Made by a program: the position numbers and the translations under genes
Origin: Acidobacteriota bacterium
GTDB lineage: Bacteria; Acidobacteriota; UBA890; WLXD01
Assembly (NCBI GenBank): GCA_965248695.1
Contig: CBDFKD010000002.1
Span: 3,744,001 to 3,808,000 of the forward strand
Reading direction: 5' to 3'
Length of the DNA: 64,000 nt
In this document: positions 29,574 to 39,587 of the stretch, piece after piece
Position numbering within the stretch: position 1 is the stretch's first letter
Layout of the letters: the number at the start of each line of letters is the position of its first letter
Notes under the pieces: model-generated
What the model saw: the letters and a program-made list of their open reading frames with translations, nothing else
Told to the model about the DNA's origin: nothing
Databases searched by the model: none

Positions 29574-29702
29574 CTAGTGGCCTGTAGCAGATGATCGCCG
29601 CCATCCTGTGGACAGATGGGCAGTTGCGAGTCTCGATGTTGCTTGATCTTACCCGCAAATCCCATCTGCGATAGGCAACGATCATCTGTTACAGGTCATT
29701 GG
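29574..29702. repeat. Family A short relative (129 bp, inverted, internally reduced)
   Basis: CTAGTGGCCTGTAGCAGATG terminus, ATCTGTTACAGG at the far end; shares CCCGCAAATCCCATCTGCG with family A. Confidence 0.8.
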
Positions 29703-29821
29703 CACGATCCGCGAGCCAGCTTTCTACCTCGAACAGTGACATCAGACCTTGTTGGGGGCGACGTGGGCGAGCGAGCCTGGCAGTACCGGGAGCAGTTGCT
29801 TCCGCAGGGGACACTAGAGCC

Positions 29822-31600
29822 ATGAGCGTACGACACGACGTGGTGATCGTCGGTGGAGGTGGTGCGGGGCTACGGGCGGCCATCGCCATCGCCGAAATCA
29901 ACCCCAGCCTCAGCGTCGCGCTGGTAAGCAAGGTCTACCCGATGCGCAGCCATACAGTGGCAGCTGAAGGCGGTGCCGCAGCAGTCATCAAGGGCAACGA
30001 CAGCCTCGAAGATCATTTTCGGGACACCGTCGGCGGCAGTGACTGGCTGGCCGATCAGGACGCGGTTGAACTGTTCGTGAACGAGGCGCCGGCCGAGATG
30101 ACCCAGCTGGAACACTGGGGCTGTCCTTGGAACCGTGAAGCGGACGGCACCGTCGCAGTGCGTCCATTCGGAGGGATGAAGATCGAGCGGACATGGTTTG
30201 CCGCCGACAAGACCGGCTTTCACATGTTGCACGCGCTGTATCAGACATCTCTCAAGTACAGCCCGATCACGAGCTATAACGAATCGTTCGCGACCAAGAT
30301 CCTGGTGGAGAACGGACGTTGCCAGGGCGTCAGCGCGCTCGATCTGCAGACTGGCAGGGTGGAGACGATTCTTGGTGCCGCCGTCATCCTCTGCACCGGC
30401 GGGGCCGGGAGGGTGTTCGAATTCACCACCAACGGGGCGATCAAGACCGGCGACGGGATGGCGATGGCTTACCGCGCCGGAGTCCCGCTCAAGGACATGG
30501 AGTTCATCCAATACCACCCGACCGGCCTACCCTGGACCGGTATCCTCATCACCGAGGCCGCGCGGGGAGAGGGAGGGATCCTCGTAAACAAGGCGGGGTA
30601 TCGATACTTGCAAGACCACGATCTGGGAACACCACTCGAGGTCACCGACCCCGAGCACCCGGTGAAGAAGAGCATGGAACTGGGTCCTCGCGATCGACTC
30701 AGTCAAGCGTTCGTCAAGGAAATGGAGCAAGGTCGTACGATTCCGGGGCCGCACGGAGATGTCGTCCATCTCGACATTCGACACCTCGGTGCAAAGAAGA
30801 TCGACAAGAAGCTGCCGTTCGTGCGCGAGCTGGCCAAGAACTACGCCGGCATCGATCCGGTGGAGGAGCCCATTCCCGTGCGCCCCGTCATCCACTACAT
30901 CATGGGCGGTGTCGACACCGACACCGACGCCGCCACGTCGCTGCCGGGATTGTTCGCGGCGGGCGAGGTCGCCTGCGTGTCGATCAACGGGGCGAATCGC
31001 CTGGGCTCCAACTCGCTGACCGAGCTGCTCGTCTTCGGCGCCCGTGCCGGACGGGCGGCGGCTATCTTTGCGACCCAGAACCCTGACCTCGACGTCGAAG
31101 CGCTGGAGCGGCAGGGCGCCGACGAGCAGGACCGCATTGCTCGGGAGTTCATTCGCAAGGAGGGCGGTAGGGAGAGGATCGTTACGTTACGCAAAGAGAT
31201 GAACGCGACGATGGAAAGCGGCGCCGGCATCTACCGTACTGAACCGAGCCTCAAAGATTCCTGCGACAAGCTGTTGGAACTGAGGCAGCGCTTCTCGAAT
31301 CTCTTGATCGAAGACAGAAGCCTGACCTTCAATACCGAGCTCACCTCCGCTCTCGAGCTCGACTTCATGCTCGACGTGGCGCTGGTTATCGCTCAGAGTG
31401 CCCTGGCACGGACCGAAAGCCGCGGCTCGCACCAGCGCACCGATCACCCCGATCGCGACGACGAGAACTTCCTCAAGCACACCCTCGCGCTCCGCACCGA
31501 CGACGGAGTTCGCACCGACTACAAGGATGTGGTCATCACCAAGTGGCCACCGGAAGAACGTGTGTACGGCAGACAGGCATCGAGAGCAGACAGGACCTGA
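29822..31600 (+). CDS. frdA: Fumarate reductase flavoprotein subunit
   Basis: [19 protein letters not shown] (covalent FAD His), [27 protein letters not shown]. Confidence 0.95.
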   Translation: MSVRHDVVIVGGGGAGLRAAIAIAEINPSLSVALVSKVYPMRSHTVAAEGGAAAVIKGNDSLEDHFRDTVGGSDWLADQDAVELFVNEAPAEMTQLEHWGCPWNREADGTVAVRPFGGMKIERTWFAADKTGFHMLHALYQTSLKYSPITSYNESFATKILVENGRCQGVSALDLQTGRVETILGAAVILCTGGAGRVFEFTTNGAIKTGDGMAMAYRAGVPLKDMEFIQYHPTGLPWTGILITEAARGEGGILVNKAGYRYLQDHDLGTPLEVTDPEHPVKKSMELGPRDRLSQAFVKEMEQGRTIPGPHGDVVHLDIRHLGAKKIDKKLPFVRELAKNYAGIDPVEEPIPVRPVIHYIMGGVDTDTDAATSLPGLFAAGEVACVSINGANRLGSNSLTELLVFGARAGRAAAIFATQNPDLDVEALERQGADEQDRIAREFIRKEGGRERIVTLRKEMNATMESGAGIYRTEPSLKDSCDKLLELRQRFSNLLIEDRSLTFNTELTSALELDFMLDVALVIAQSALARTESRGSHQRTDHPDRDDENFLKHTLALRTDDGVRTDYKDVVITKWPPEERVYGRQASRADRT

Positions 31601-31602
31601 CC

Positions 31603-32355
31603 ATGGCCAAGACGATGGAGCTCGAGATCTTCCGGTACCGCCCTGAGCAAGAAACCGAGCCCACCTTCCAGACTTACGAGATTCCGTTTCACGAGGAGTG
31701 GGTCGTTCTCGACGCCATCAACTACGTCAAGGACGAGATCGACGGCACGCTCTCGTACCGCTGGTCGTGTCGGATGGGCGTGTGCGGAAGCTGCGGCATG
31801 ACGGTGAACGGCGTGCCGAAGCTCAGCTGCGCCGTCTTTCTGAAGGACTACTACCCGGACAAGATCCGGGTCGAACCGCTCGACGGCTTCCCAGTCAAGC
31901 GGGACCTCGTGTTCGGGATGGATGACTTCATTGCCAAGCTGCAGAGCGTCAATCCGTGGATCGTCCGCAAAGAAGGGGAAGAAAAGCCGATCGAGGCAGG
32001 CGAATATTTACAGACCCCACGCCAGCTGGTCGAGTACAAGCAGTACTCGATGTGCATCAACTGCATGCTGTGTTACGCGGCGTGCCCCGTCTACGCGCAC
32101 GACACGACGTTCTTGGGCCCGGCGGCGATTGCCCTCGGCCAGCGCTACAACATGGATTCGCGCGATCAGGGAAGGGATCAGCGCCAGGAGGTGATCGCCA
32201 GCCACGAAGGAATCTGGAAGTGCACCTTCGTCGGCGAGTGTAGCGCCGTGTGTCCCAAGGACGTCGATCCGGCCGCCGCAATCCAACGCGCCAAGCTCTC
32301 CAGCACGCTCGATTACTTCACGGAAACGCTGTTGCCCTGGGGCAAGAAGAATTGA
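31603..32355 (+). CDS. frdB: Fumarate reductase iron-sulfur subunit
   Basis: [40 protein letters not shown]. Confidence 0.95.
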   Translation: MAKTMELEIFRYRPEQETEPTFQTYEIPFHEEWVVLDAINYVKDEIDGTLSYRWSCRMGVCGSCGMTVNGVPKLSCAVFLKDYYPDKIRVEPLDGFPVKRDLVFGMDDFIAKLQSVNPWIVRKEGEEKPIEAGEYLQTPRQLVEYKQYSMCINCMLCYAACPVYAHDTTFLGPAAIALGQRYNMDSRDQGRDQRQEVIASHEGIWKCTFVGECSAVCPKDVDPAAAIQRAKLSSTLDYFTETLLPWGKKN

Positions 32356-32732
32356 GCTATCAGCGACGAGTGCCGAACACCTGGTGGCTCAAGCGGTGGC
32401 CCTACTTTCTGTTCATGCTGCGGGAGCTGACCAGCGTCGGCGTCGCCGGTTACAGCGTGTTCCTCATGTTTCTGTTGTATCGACTCGGCCAAGGGCCCGA
32501 GGCCTACGAGGCTGCGGTAGGCCTGATCATGTCGCCGACCAGCATCGCGTTGCACGTGCTGGCGCTGGTGCTGGCCGTGTACCACACGGTCACTTGGTTC
32601 AACGTGACTCCCAAGGTCATCGTGATTCGCCTTGGCGAGGAGCGCGTCCCCGACTTCATGATTGCCGGCGCTCACTACGCCGGATGGCTCGCCGTGTCGA
32701 TGATCGTCGCTTGGGCTGTATTGGGAGCGTAG
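32352..32732 (+). CDS. frdC: Fumarate reductase anchor subunit C
   Basis: [23 protein letters not shown]; TTG start overlapping frdB stop. Confidence 0.9.
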   Translation: MSYQRRVPNTWWLKRWPYFLFMLRELTSVGVAGYSVFLMFLLYRLGQGPEAYEAAVGLIMSPTSIALHVLALVLAVYHTVTWFNVTPKVIVIRLGEERVPDFMIAGAHYAGWLAVSMIVAWAVLGA

Positions 32733-32737
32733 TCATC

Positions 32738-33091
32738 ATGGCCAAGTCCAACGAACCGATTCTCTGGTCACTTTTCTCGGCCGGCGGGATGTTGTCGGCG
32801 ATGATGCTGCCCGTGCTCATCGTCATCACCGGAATCCTCGTCCCCCTCGGTTTCGCGCCGCTGGAGTCGCTCGGCTACGAAAAGGTGCACGCCGCCGTTT
32901 CGGACAATCTCCTGGTCAAGCTGATTCTGTTTGGGCTGATCTTCCTGTCGTTGTTCCACTGGGCCCACCGCTTCAAATTTGCTGTCGTCGACATGGGCCT
33001 GCAGAAGATCAAAGGGCTGATAGGCTTTGCCTGCTACGGGGGCGCGCTTGCGGGCACCGTAATCACCGCCGTGCTTCTCTGGCGGATCTAG
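32738..33091 (+). CDS. frdD: Fumarate reductase anchor subunit D
   Basis: KSNEPILWSLFSAGGM, FHWAHR. Confidence 0.92.
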   Translation: MAKSNEPILWSLFSAGGMLSAMMLPVLIVITGILVPLGFAPLESLGYEKVHAAVSDNLLVKLILFGLIFLSLFHWAHRFKFAVVDMGLQKIKGLIGFACYGGALAGTVITAVLLWRI

Positions 33092-33118
33092 CAGAGATCT
33101 TCCGCCACGGCCTGCTAG
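33088..33118. repeat. Family B collapsed remnant on the frdD stop
   Basis: CTAGCAG...CGCCACGGCCTGCTAG; first CTAG holds the frdD TAG. Confidence 0.7.
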
Positions 33119-33181
33119 GGCCGTAGCTTCGACGATGCCGTCGGCGGGGCCACGAGCAACGCCCAACGCTACGGAGGTCCG

Positions 33182-33790
33182 GTGAAAGGTCGCTTCCCGC
33201 GGTCAACAAAGCGGTGCGTGTGGCGGGTATTACCGCTGCTTCTAACCTTCGTGTGGCCGGCTCCGGCGCACGCCCAGGATCCCGATCGGTTGGCGCCCGG
33301 ACCGCCACACGAGACGAATCTCGAGCTCGGCCAGCCGCCGCCGTCGGCATTCGTGCTCGAATCCATCGACGGAGCCACCTACGACCTCGCGGCGGCGCGC
33401 GGCGAGCACGCCGTGCTGCTGCTCTTCTTCCGCGGCACCTGGTGACCTTACTGCCGCGAGCAGCTCGGGCAGCTGCACGAAGTGATCGACGAGATCCGCG
33501 CCACGGGCGCCGACTTCTGGGCCATCGCCAACGACGACCCGGAAAAGCTGCGAGCCTATCGTGACGAAGAGGGGTTCGAGTTTCCGTTCCTGCTCGATCC
33601 CGACGCCGAGATCATCAAGGCATGGAGGCTGTTCAACGACGCCGATAGCCGCGGCCGCCTCATCCCGCACCCGACGGTCGTCATCCTCGATGCCGGCGGT
33701 GTGGTTCGCTACCTGTATGTCGAGACCAACTATCGATTGCGACCGCCGGCTGCGGAGGTCGTCGAGCAGCTACAACGGGCGACCCGGTAG
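33182..33790 (+). CDS. Exported AhpC/TSA (peroxiredoxin-like) selenoprotein, UxxC, Sec at TGA 33443-33445
   Basis: Two same-frame ORFs join as LLFFRGTW-U-PYCREQL; thioredoxin fold continues (FPFLLDPD, IPHPTVVILD..GVVRY). Confidence 0.9.
33457..33479 (+). promoter_or_regulatory. Candidate bacterial SECIS hairpin
   Basis: GCAGCT-CGGGC-AGCTGC stem-loop; 20 nt between UGA and loop, G at loop position 2. Confidence 0.65.
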
Positions 33791-33808
33791 CGCCCGTCTG
33801 GCGGGCAC

Positions 33809-34369
33809 ATGAACAAGGCGTTTACCAAGGAGTCGGACTTCGACCCCGGTCTCGAAGTCTCGTTCCGCCCCCGTAATGTGCTGCCGGCCGGGGTCAGGAA
33901 CTACATCACGCCCTCCGGGGCTGCCCGTCTACGGCAGGAGTTGGCGACGCTCGTCAATATCGACCGGCCGCGGTTGGCAACCGAGCTGTCGCGCCGCGCC
34001 GAGGCCGGGCGACAGGACGAGGCGGAGCATCAGGCCGACCAGCATCGGCTGCGCGAGCTCGACAAGCAGATTCGCTGGCTGAGCGACCGCATCGCCGATC
34101 TCGAGGTCATTGATTCAGCCCAGCAGGAGCGCGACACGGTGCGCTTCGGCGCCACCGTCAGAGTTGTCGACGCAGACGGCGATGAGCGCGTCTACTCCAT
34201 CGTCGGCGTTGACGAGGCGGAGCCGTCCGAGGGACGCATCAGCTGGATCTCGCCCCTGGCCAGAGCGCTGCTTTCGGCCGGCGAAGGCGACGAGGTCGTG
34301 GCCCAACTGCCACGCGGAGCCCTGGCGTTGGAGATCCTGGACATCGACTACCCGCCGGCAGGGGACTAG
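33809..34369 (+). CDS. GreA/GreB family protein
   Basis: MNKAFTKE, NYITPSG, VRFGATV, IVGVDEA, ISWISPLARAL. Confidence 0.9.
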   Translation: MNKAFTKESDFDPGLEVSFRPRNVLPAGVRNYITPSGAARLRQELATLVNIDRPRLATELSRRAEAGRQDEAEHQADQHRLRELDKQIRWLSDRIADLEVIDSAQQERDTVRFGATVRVVDADGDERVYSIVGVDEAEPSEGRISWISPLARALLSAGEGDEVVAQLPRGALALEILDIDYPPAGD

Positions 34370-34401
34370 CAGACCGTGGTGGAAGTGTGATGGGTCTGGC
34401 G
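34366..34401. repeat. Family B left-arm copy on the Gre-family stop
   Basis: 33/36 identical to 29374-29409; CTAG holds the TAG stop. Confidence 0.75.
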
Positions 34402-34568
34402 TAACCCTTCGGGCAAGTGGGAGTTACGGGCGACTGGCGGCGTCGCTCTTCCTCAACGATGGCTCCAGCATCGGGTCGTCGTCGATCCTCGCCCTCGCCC
34501 ACCCCGTCCGTGAGCAGACCTGGCCGGGAAATCCGCCGGTTGCCGCGGGGCGCTCCGGGCTGGATCGG

Positions 34569-35951
34569 TCACCGCCGGTAGGCAGAGATGACCCAGTTCC
34601 GGTCGCCGGCCGGTCGTTCTACGCTGCCGGCGACGGCCAGGTGGCGGCCGCTGGTGGCGACGGCAAGCCCGATTGCCTCTCCGATGCCGAGGTTGGCGAT
34701 GCCGCCCCAGTCAATGCGTCCGCTGTCGTCATAGCCGCGCAGCAACAGGCCGCCGTCGTCACGCGCGCGGCGCGCCGCCGTGCCGGTCGCAACGATGGTC
34801 CCATCCGCCACAGCCAGCGCAGCGATTCCGCCGCGCTGGAGGGGCCCGTCGGCGCCTACCCAGCGCAACGTGCCGGTGTCGGCATCGTAACTCCGTAGCA
34901 CCGGAAGCGAGCGCGCCCTGAAAACCGAGCCGGCGATCACCACGTTGCCGTTGATGTGCACCAGCGCGGTAGTGGTCGAGCCGGCGTCGAAGCTGCTGTA
35001 GGGGGTGTCCAGCCAGCGCACCTCGCCCGATGCCGGATCCAGGCCGCGCACCTCCATGCGACTCAGCCCGAGGCCGATCTCGTAGAGATCGCCGGCCACT
35101 ACGAGCGTATTGTCGATCAGCGCCAGGCCGTTGGCAGAGTTGATCTGGCTCCCGAAGGTGTTCTCCCACAGACGCTCCCCGGTGCGGGCATCGTAGGCGC
35201 GGACGACATACGGCGCCGACCGGCCGAGCACCGTGTCGCGGTCGCCGGCGACGTAGACGCGTTCGGCAGTTGCCGTGACCTGCGTGGCGCGCTCGAAGGC
35301 GAAGAAATCGGGCGACGCGTTGTCTTCCCACAGCGCCGTGCCGTTGCGAGCATCATAGGCGCGCACCAGGATCGCATCGTTGGCGGTACCGACGACGAAG
35401 AGGCGGCGTGCGGCGATTGTCGCGCGGCGGAGAAAATCGGTGGTGCCGGCCAACTCGTCGCTGGCGGACCATCGCATCGACCCGTCGGCCAGAGCGTAGG
35501 CGTGCACGAAGCTGCCGCGCGGCCGACGGCCGAAGGGAACCTCGGAGTTGCCGACGACGAACACGCTGTTACGCCAGGTGGCCATGTCGGCAATACGTTC
35601 CACACCGCCATCATCGAAGGGCTCGAGCCAGAGTTGCCCGCCGTCGCGGCGGTCGAGAGCAGCAACCACCGCGTCGGTGTCGTCGCCGCCCCGGCCCGCG
35701 ACAACGACCCGATTGCGAAGCAACGCCACGGCCGCCGGAACATCGTCGTTGCCGCCCAGATCGAGCTCCGTTTGCCAGATCTCGATGGGTGCGGCGTGAG
35801 ATGTCGTCCCCTCATGGCATCGAGTATGTGGCGCCGCCGGGCCGGGTGCCACTTCTGGCGCCAGGGCTTGTGTACACTCAATCGATGATGAGCGGCCTCT
35901 CGAAGCGCGTGTGCGTTGCGACTCTGGCTGCTGCTGCGGCGGCAGGCGCAC
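34569..35951 (-). CDS. PQQ-like beta-propeller repeat protein (true start unclear, probably nearer 35800)
   Basis: Repeated VRAYDARTG..LW units. Confidence 0.75.
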   Translation of the reverse strand: MRLPPQQQPESQRTRASRGRSSSIECTQALAPEVAPGPAAPHTRCHEGTTSHAAPIEIWQTELDLGGNDDVPAAVALLRNRVVVAGRGGDDTDAVVAALDRRDGGQLWLEPFDDGGVERIADMATWRNSVFVVGNSEVPFGRRPRGSFVHAYALADGSMRWSASDELAGTTDFLRRATIAARRLFVVGTANDAILVRAYDARNGTALWEDNASPDFFAFERATQVTATAERVYVAGDRDTVLGRSAPYVVRAYDARTGERLWENTFGSQINSANGLALIDNTLVVAGDLYEIGLGLSRMEVRGLDPASGEVRWLDTPYSSFDAGSTTTALVHINGNVVIAGSVFRARSLPVLRSYDADTGTLRWVGADGPLQRGGIAALAVADGTIVATGTAARRARDDGGLLLRGYDDSGRIDWGGIANLGIGEAIGLAVATSGRHLAVAGSVERPAGDRNWVISAYRR

Positions 35952-37768
35952 AAGAGACGCAACGGCTCGTGGTACCCGATCCGGATATCGGCGCAGGCAC
36001 CCTCGCCACGCGGCGCGCGGCGCAGTTGCGAGCCGCCGCCGAGATCGGCGTGTTCCATGACTTCGCGTTCGCCGACCGTATCGTTGACAGCGGCATCGAT
36101 TTCGTCCATCAGGCTGTTGACGACGGTGGCAAGACGTACAAGGCGGCCCACTACGACCACGGGAACGGCCTGGCGGTCGCCGACGTCGACGGTGATGGTC
36201 TGCTGGATCTGTATTTCGTCAACCAGCTCGGCGGAAACGGGCTGTTCCGCAACCTCGGTGGCGGACGCTTCGCCAACGTCACGGCGGCGGCCGGGGTGGG
36301 GCTGGACGACCGTATCTGCGTGTCGGCCTCGTTTGCCGACGTCGACAACGACGGCGACTCCGACCTGTTCGTCACTACTGTGCGCATGGGCAACGTTCTG
36401 TTCCAGAACGATGGCGCCGGCAACTTCGACGACGTGACAGACCGCTCCGGGCTGGGTTACACGGGCCATTCGTCCGGTGCGGTGTTCTTCGACTACGATC
36501 GCGATGGCCTCCTCGACCTCTACGTTGCCAACGTCGGTGAATACACCACCGACGAACGTGGACGGGGCGGCTTCTATGTCGCTCACGAGGACGCATTCTC
36601 GGGCCATCTGACCGCAGACCGGGCCGAGAGCAGCGTCCTGTACAGGAATCTCGGGAACAGCCGCTTCGCTGACGTGACGGTGGCTGCCGGCGTACTAGAC
36701 GACGCCTGGAGCGGTGACGCGATTGTCGTCGATCCGAACGCCGACGGCTTCCCGGACCTGTACGTGTTGAACATGCAGGGCAACGACCGCTACTACGAGA
36801 ACCGCCAGGGGACGGGGTTCGTCGAGCGCACCGCGGAGGTGTTCTCCAAGACCCCTTGGGGGACCATGGGCGTCAACTCGTTCGACTACGACAACGACGG
36901 CGACTTCGATCTGCTGCTCACTGACATGCACTCCGACATGAGCGCCGAGGTGGGTCCGGCAGCCGAACATCTCAAGCCCCGCATCGACAACCCGGAGCAG
37001 TTCTACGCCGAGCCCGATGACAACCTGCTGGGCAACGCGTTCTATCGCCGTAGCGATGGCTCATTCGACGAGATCTCGGACACCATCGGGCTGGAGAACT
37101 ACTGGCCGTGGGGTACCAGCGTCGGCGACATCAACGCCGACGGTTGGCAGGACGTGTTCATCGGCTCGAGCATGAACTACCCATTCCGCTACGGGATCAA
37201 CGCGCTGAAGCTCAACGATGCCGCCCGCCGGTTCGTGGATGCGGAGTTCGTGCTCGGGATCGAGCCCCGCCGCGATGGTCAGGCGCACACCGCCTGGTTC
37301 GACTTGGACTGCTCGGGGGCTGATAGCGCTCATCACCGTTGTGAGGGCCTCAGCGGCCCCGTCGCGGTGTTCGGTGCCCTCGGTACGCGGTCGGCGGCCA
37401 TTATCGACGTCGACGATGATGGCGATCTGGATATCGTCACCAACGAGTTCGGATCGCGGCCACAACTGCTGCTGAGCGATCTGAGCGAGCGACGCGAGGT
37501 TCACTGGCTGGCGTTGCGCCTGCAGAGCGAGAGCAGCAACCGCGACGGCATTGGTGCACGCCTCACGGTCCGCGCCGGTGACCGTACCTACACGCGCTTC
37601 ATCGACGGCAAGTCGGGATACATGACGCAGAGCTCGGTGCCGGCGTATTTCGGCCTCGACGACGCCACTAGTGTCGACGAGATCCGGGTCGTGTGGCCGA
37701 ACGGCAACGAGCAGGTCATCGACGGTCCGATCGATATCGACCGCTCCCTGGTCGTCACCGAGGAGTAG
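35885..37768 (+). CDS. CRTAC1-family FG-GAP/ASPIC-UnbV protein
   Basis: Many D.D.DG..DL repeats; NRDGIGAR, FGL, VVWPNG. Confidence 0.92.
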   Translation: MMSGLSKRVCVATLAAAAAAGAQETQRLVVPDPDIGAGTLATRRAAQLRAAAEIGVFHDFAFADRIVDSGIDFVHQAVDDGGKTYKAAHYDHGNGLAVADVDGDGLLDLYFVNQLGGNGLFRNLGGGRFANVTAAAGVGLDDRICVSASFADVDNDGDSDLFVTTVRMGNVLFQNDGAGNFDDVTDRSGLGYTGHSSGAVFFDYDRDGLLDLYVANVGEYTTDERGRGGFYVAHEDAFSGHLTADRAESSVLYRNLGNSRFADVTVAAGVLDDAWSGDAIVVDPNADGFPDLYVLNMQGNDRYYENRQGTGFVERTAEVFSKTPWGTMGVNSFDYDNDGDFDLLLTDMHSDMSAEVGPAAEHLKPRIDNPEQFYAEPDDNLLGNAFYRRSDGSFDEISDTIGLENYWPWGTSVGDINADGWQDVFIGSSMNYPFRYGINALKLNDAARRFVDAEFVLGIEPRRDGQAHTAWFDLDCSGADSAHHRCEGLSGPVAVFGALGTRSAAIIDVDDDGDLDIVTNEFGSRPQLLLSDLSERREVHWLALRLQSESSNRDGIGARLTVRAGDRTYTRFIDGKSGYMTQSSVPAYFGLDDATSVDEIRVVWPNGNEQVIDGPIDIDRSLVVTEE

Positions 37769-37778
37769 CTACCTGCCG

Positions 37779-39494
37779 ATGCGAGCTACGCGCGCTCGCG
37801 AGCCCGTCCACCGGACAGTCGAGTGCCTTTGCTCCACGGTGATCGGCATTGGCTTGGTATTCGCCGGCGCGCACGGTGTACGTCCGGCGCACGCCGCATG
37901 GACGGCCCCGTCGACGACGCAGACGGAGGCGTTCGACGCCACGATGGCCGAGGGACGAGCTGCGCTGGGCCGAGGCGAAGCCGCCGCAGCGGTGGCCGCC
38001 TTCCGACGCGCCGTAGAGCTACGGCCACAGAGCGCCGCAGCGCTGACGCTGCTTGGTGTGAGCTGGCTGCGAGCTGGCGACGTCGAGGCGGCCGTCCGGA
38101 TGCTGGATGGCGCTGTGGCGGCGGATCCGGAAGATCTCGGTGCACGTCACACGCGGGTCCAGGTGCTGCTCGCCGCGGAACGGCCGCTAGATGCCGTCGA
38201 GGACGCTCGTGAGCTCGTTCGTCGGACGCCGGGCGAGTTCGGCGGTCTGGCGCTCCTGGGCCGGATTCAGCTCGAGCTCGGACGGTACGGCGAGGCTCTC
38301 GAGGTGCTTACCGGAGCCGCGGCGGTGCGTCCGGACGACCCGGGCGTGCTGTACGGGCGTTCCGTGGCACTGGTGGAGCTGGGGCGCGGCGAAGAGGCGC
38401 TGCCGTTGCTGAGCCGGCTGGTGAACGATGTGCCGGATAGCTTTGCTGGCTGGGCGCTGTTCGCCGGCGTCCTACGGCAGCGGTCCGACATCGAGTCCCT
38501 GGTAACCGCGGCCGAGTCGTACGAGCGTGCTCTCGACGTCCGCCCGGCGGACCCGGCGACGGTTCACTCGCTGGCTTCGTTATTCGGCGAGCTCGGGCTC
38601 TACCTCAGAGGGGCGGCGACGATCGATGCCGCAGGCGGGGCGATCGCTGCTGATCCGGTTGTCCAGCTGCTCCGGGGTCGCCTGCTGGCGCAGGCCGGGA
38701 GCTTTGCGGCCGCCGTACCGGCCTATCAGCGGGCGCTCGATCTCGAAGCGAGTGCCGAGGCGTGGACGCACCTCGGGGTGGCCTACGCGGCGCTGGCGGA
38801 TTCGGAAGGTGCCATCGACGCGTTCACGAATGCGGTGCGGGCAGACGCTCTCGACGCCGAGGCACAGCTCGGACTGGGGGAGCAACTGCTCGCCAATGGT
38901 CGCATCGCGGCGGCGATCGATAGCCTGACCCAGGCAGCTCTGCTGCTGCCGGACAGCAGTCGCGCCCAGCATCTGATGGGCAAGGCGCTTGACGCCTCGG
39001 GTGACGTCGCGGGAGCGGTTGCAACGCTACGATTTGCCGCTGATCTGGATCCGTCCAACGTCGACCCGTTGATGGATCTGGCCGCCGTTTTGGAGCGTCT
39101 CGACGACGTTGCCGGGGCCCGTACCGTGCGCGACGAGATCGATGCTGTAGCGCGCCCGCCGGGCAGCCCTGGCGCGGCATCGGTCACCGAGGTCGGGCAA
39201 TTACTTCGCGATGGCTACGTTCAACTCCGGCTCGGCGACGCTGCTCGGGCCGTCGAGCTTCTCGGCGACGTCGTTGGGCAAGAGCCCGACAACGAGGGGG
39301 CGCGTTTCTTCCTCGGCCGCGCGCTGGCCTCAGTAGGCGACGTGGAGCAAGCGATTGCCAGCCTGGAGGCGGCCCAGCAGCTCAACCCGTTCCGTGCCGA
39401 GACCTACGCCGCCCTGGCCGATCTGTACGAGCGAGTGGGTCGGTCGTCGGATGCACGGCGCGCACGGCAGGAGGCGGCGCGCCTGCGCCGTTGA
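37779..39494 (+). CDS. Tetratricopeptide repeat protein
   Basis: Multiple A...LG......G....A......A....P repeats after a signal-like segment. Confidence 0.88.
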   Translation: MRATRAREPVHRTVECLCSTVIGIGLVFAGAHGVRPAHAAWTAPSTTQTEAFDATMAEGRAALGRGEAAAAVAAFRRAVELRPQSAAALTLLGVSWLRAGDVEAAVRMLDGAVAADPEDLGARHTRVQVLLAAERPLDAVEDARELVRRTPGEFGGLALLGRIQLELGRYGEALEVLTGAAAVRPDDPGVLYGRSVALVELGRGEEALPLLSRLVNDVPDSFAGWALFAGVLRQRSDIESLVTAAESYERALDVRPADPATVHSLASLFGELGLYLRGAATIDAAGGAIAADPVVQLLRGRLLAQAGSFAAAVPAYQRALDLEASAEAWTHLGVAYAALADSEGAIDAFTNAVRADALDAEAQLGLGEQLLANGRIAAAIDSLTQAALLLPDSSRAQHLMGKALDASGDVAGAVATLRFAADLDPSNVDPLMDLAAVLERLDDVAGARTVRDEIDAVARPPGSPGAASVTEVGQLLRDGYVQLRLGDAARAVELLGDVVGQEPDNEGARFFLGRALASVGDVEQAIASLEAAQQLNPFRAETYAALADLYERVGRSSDARRARQEAARLRR

Positions 39495-39587
39495 GGTTTG
39501 GCCTAAGCTTCCCTCGGAGCATCGGGGATGCTACAACCGTTGTGGACGTCACGGTCGGGTGATCCGGGACGAGATTGGAGAGCGTAG

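Noticed and set aside
35117-36607. Long antisense/shadow ORFs (also 39795-41081, 49728-51191, 53351-54628, 62702-63793)
   Set aside because: They overlap well-supported genes and are expected from GC-rich codon bias.
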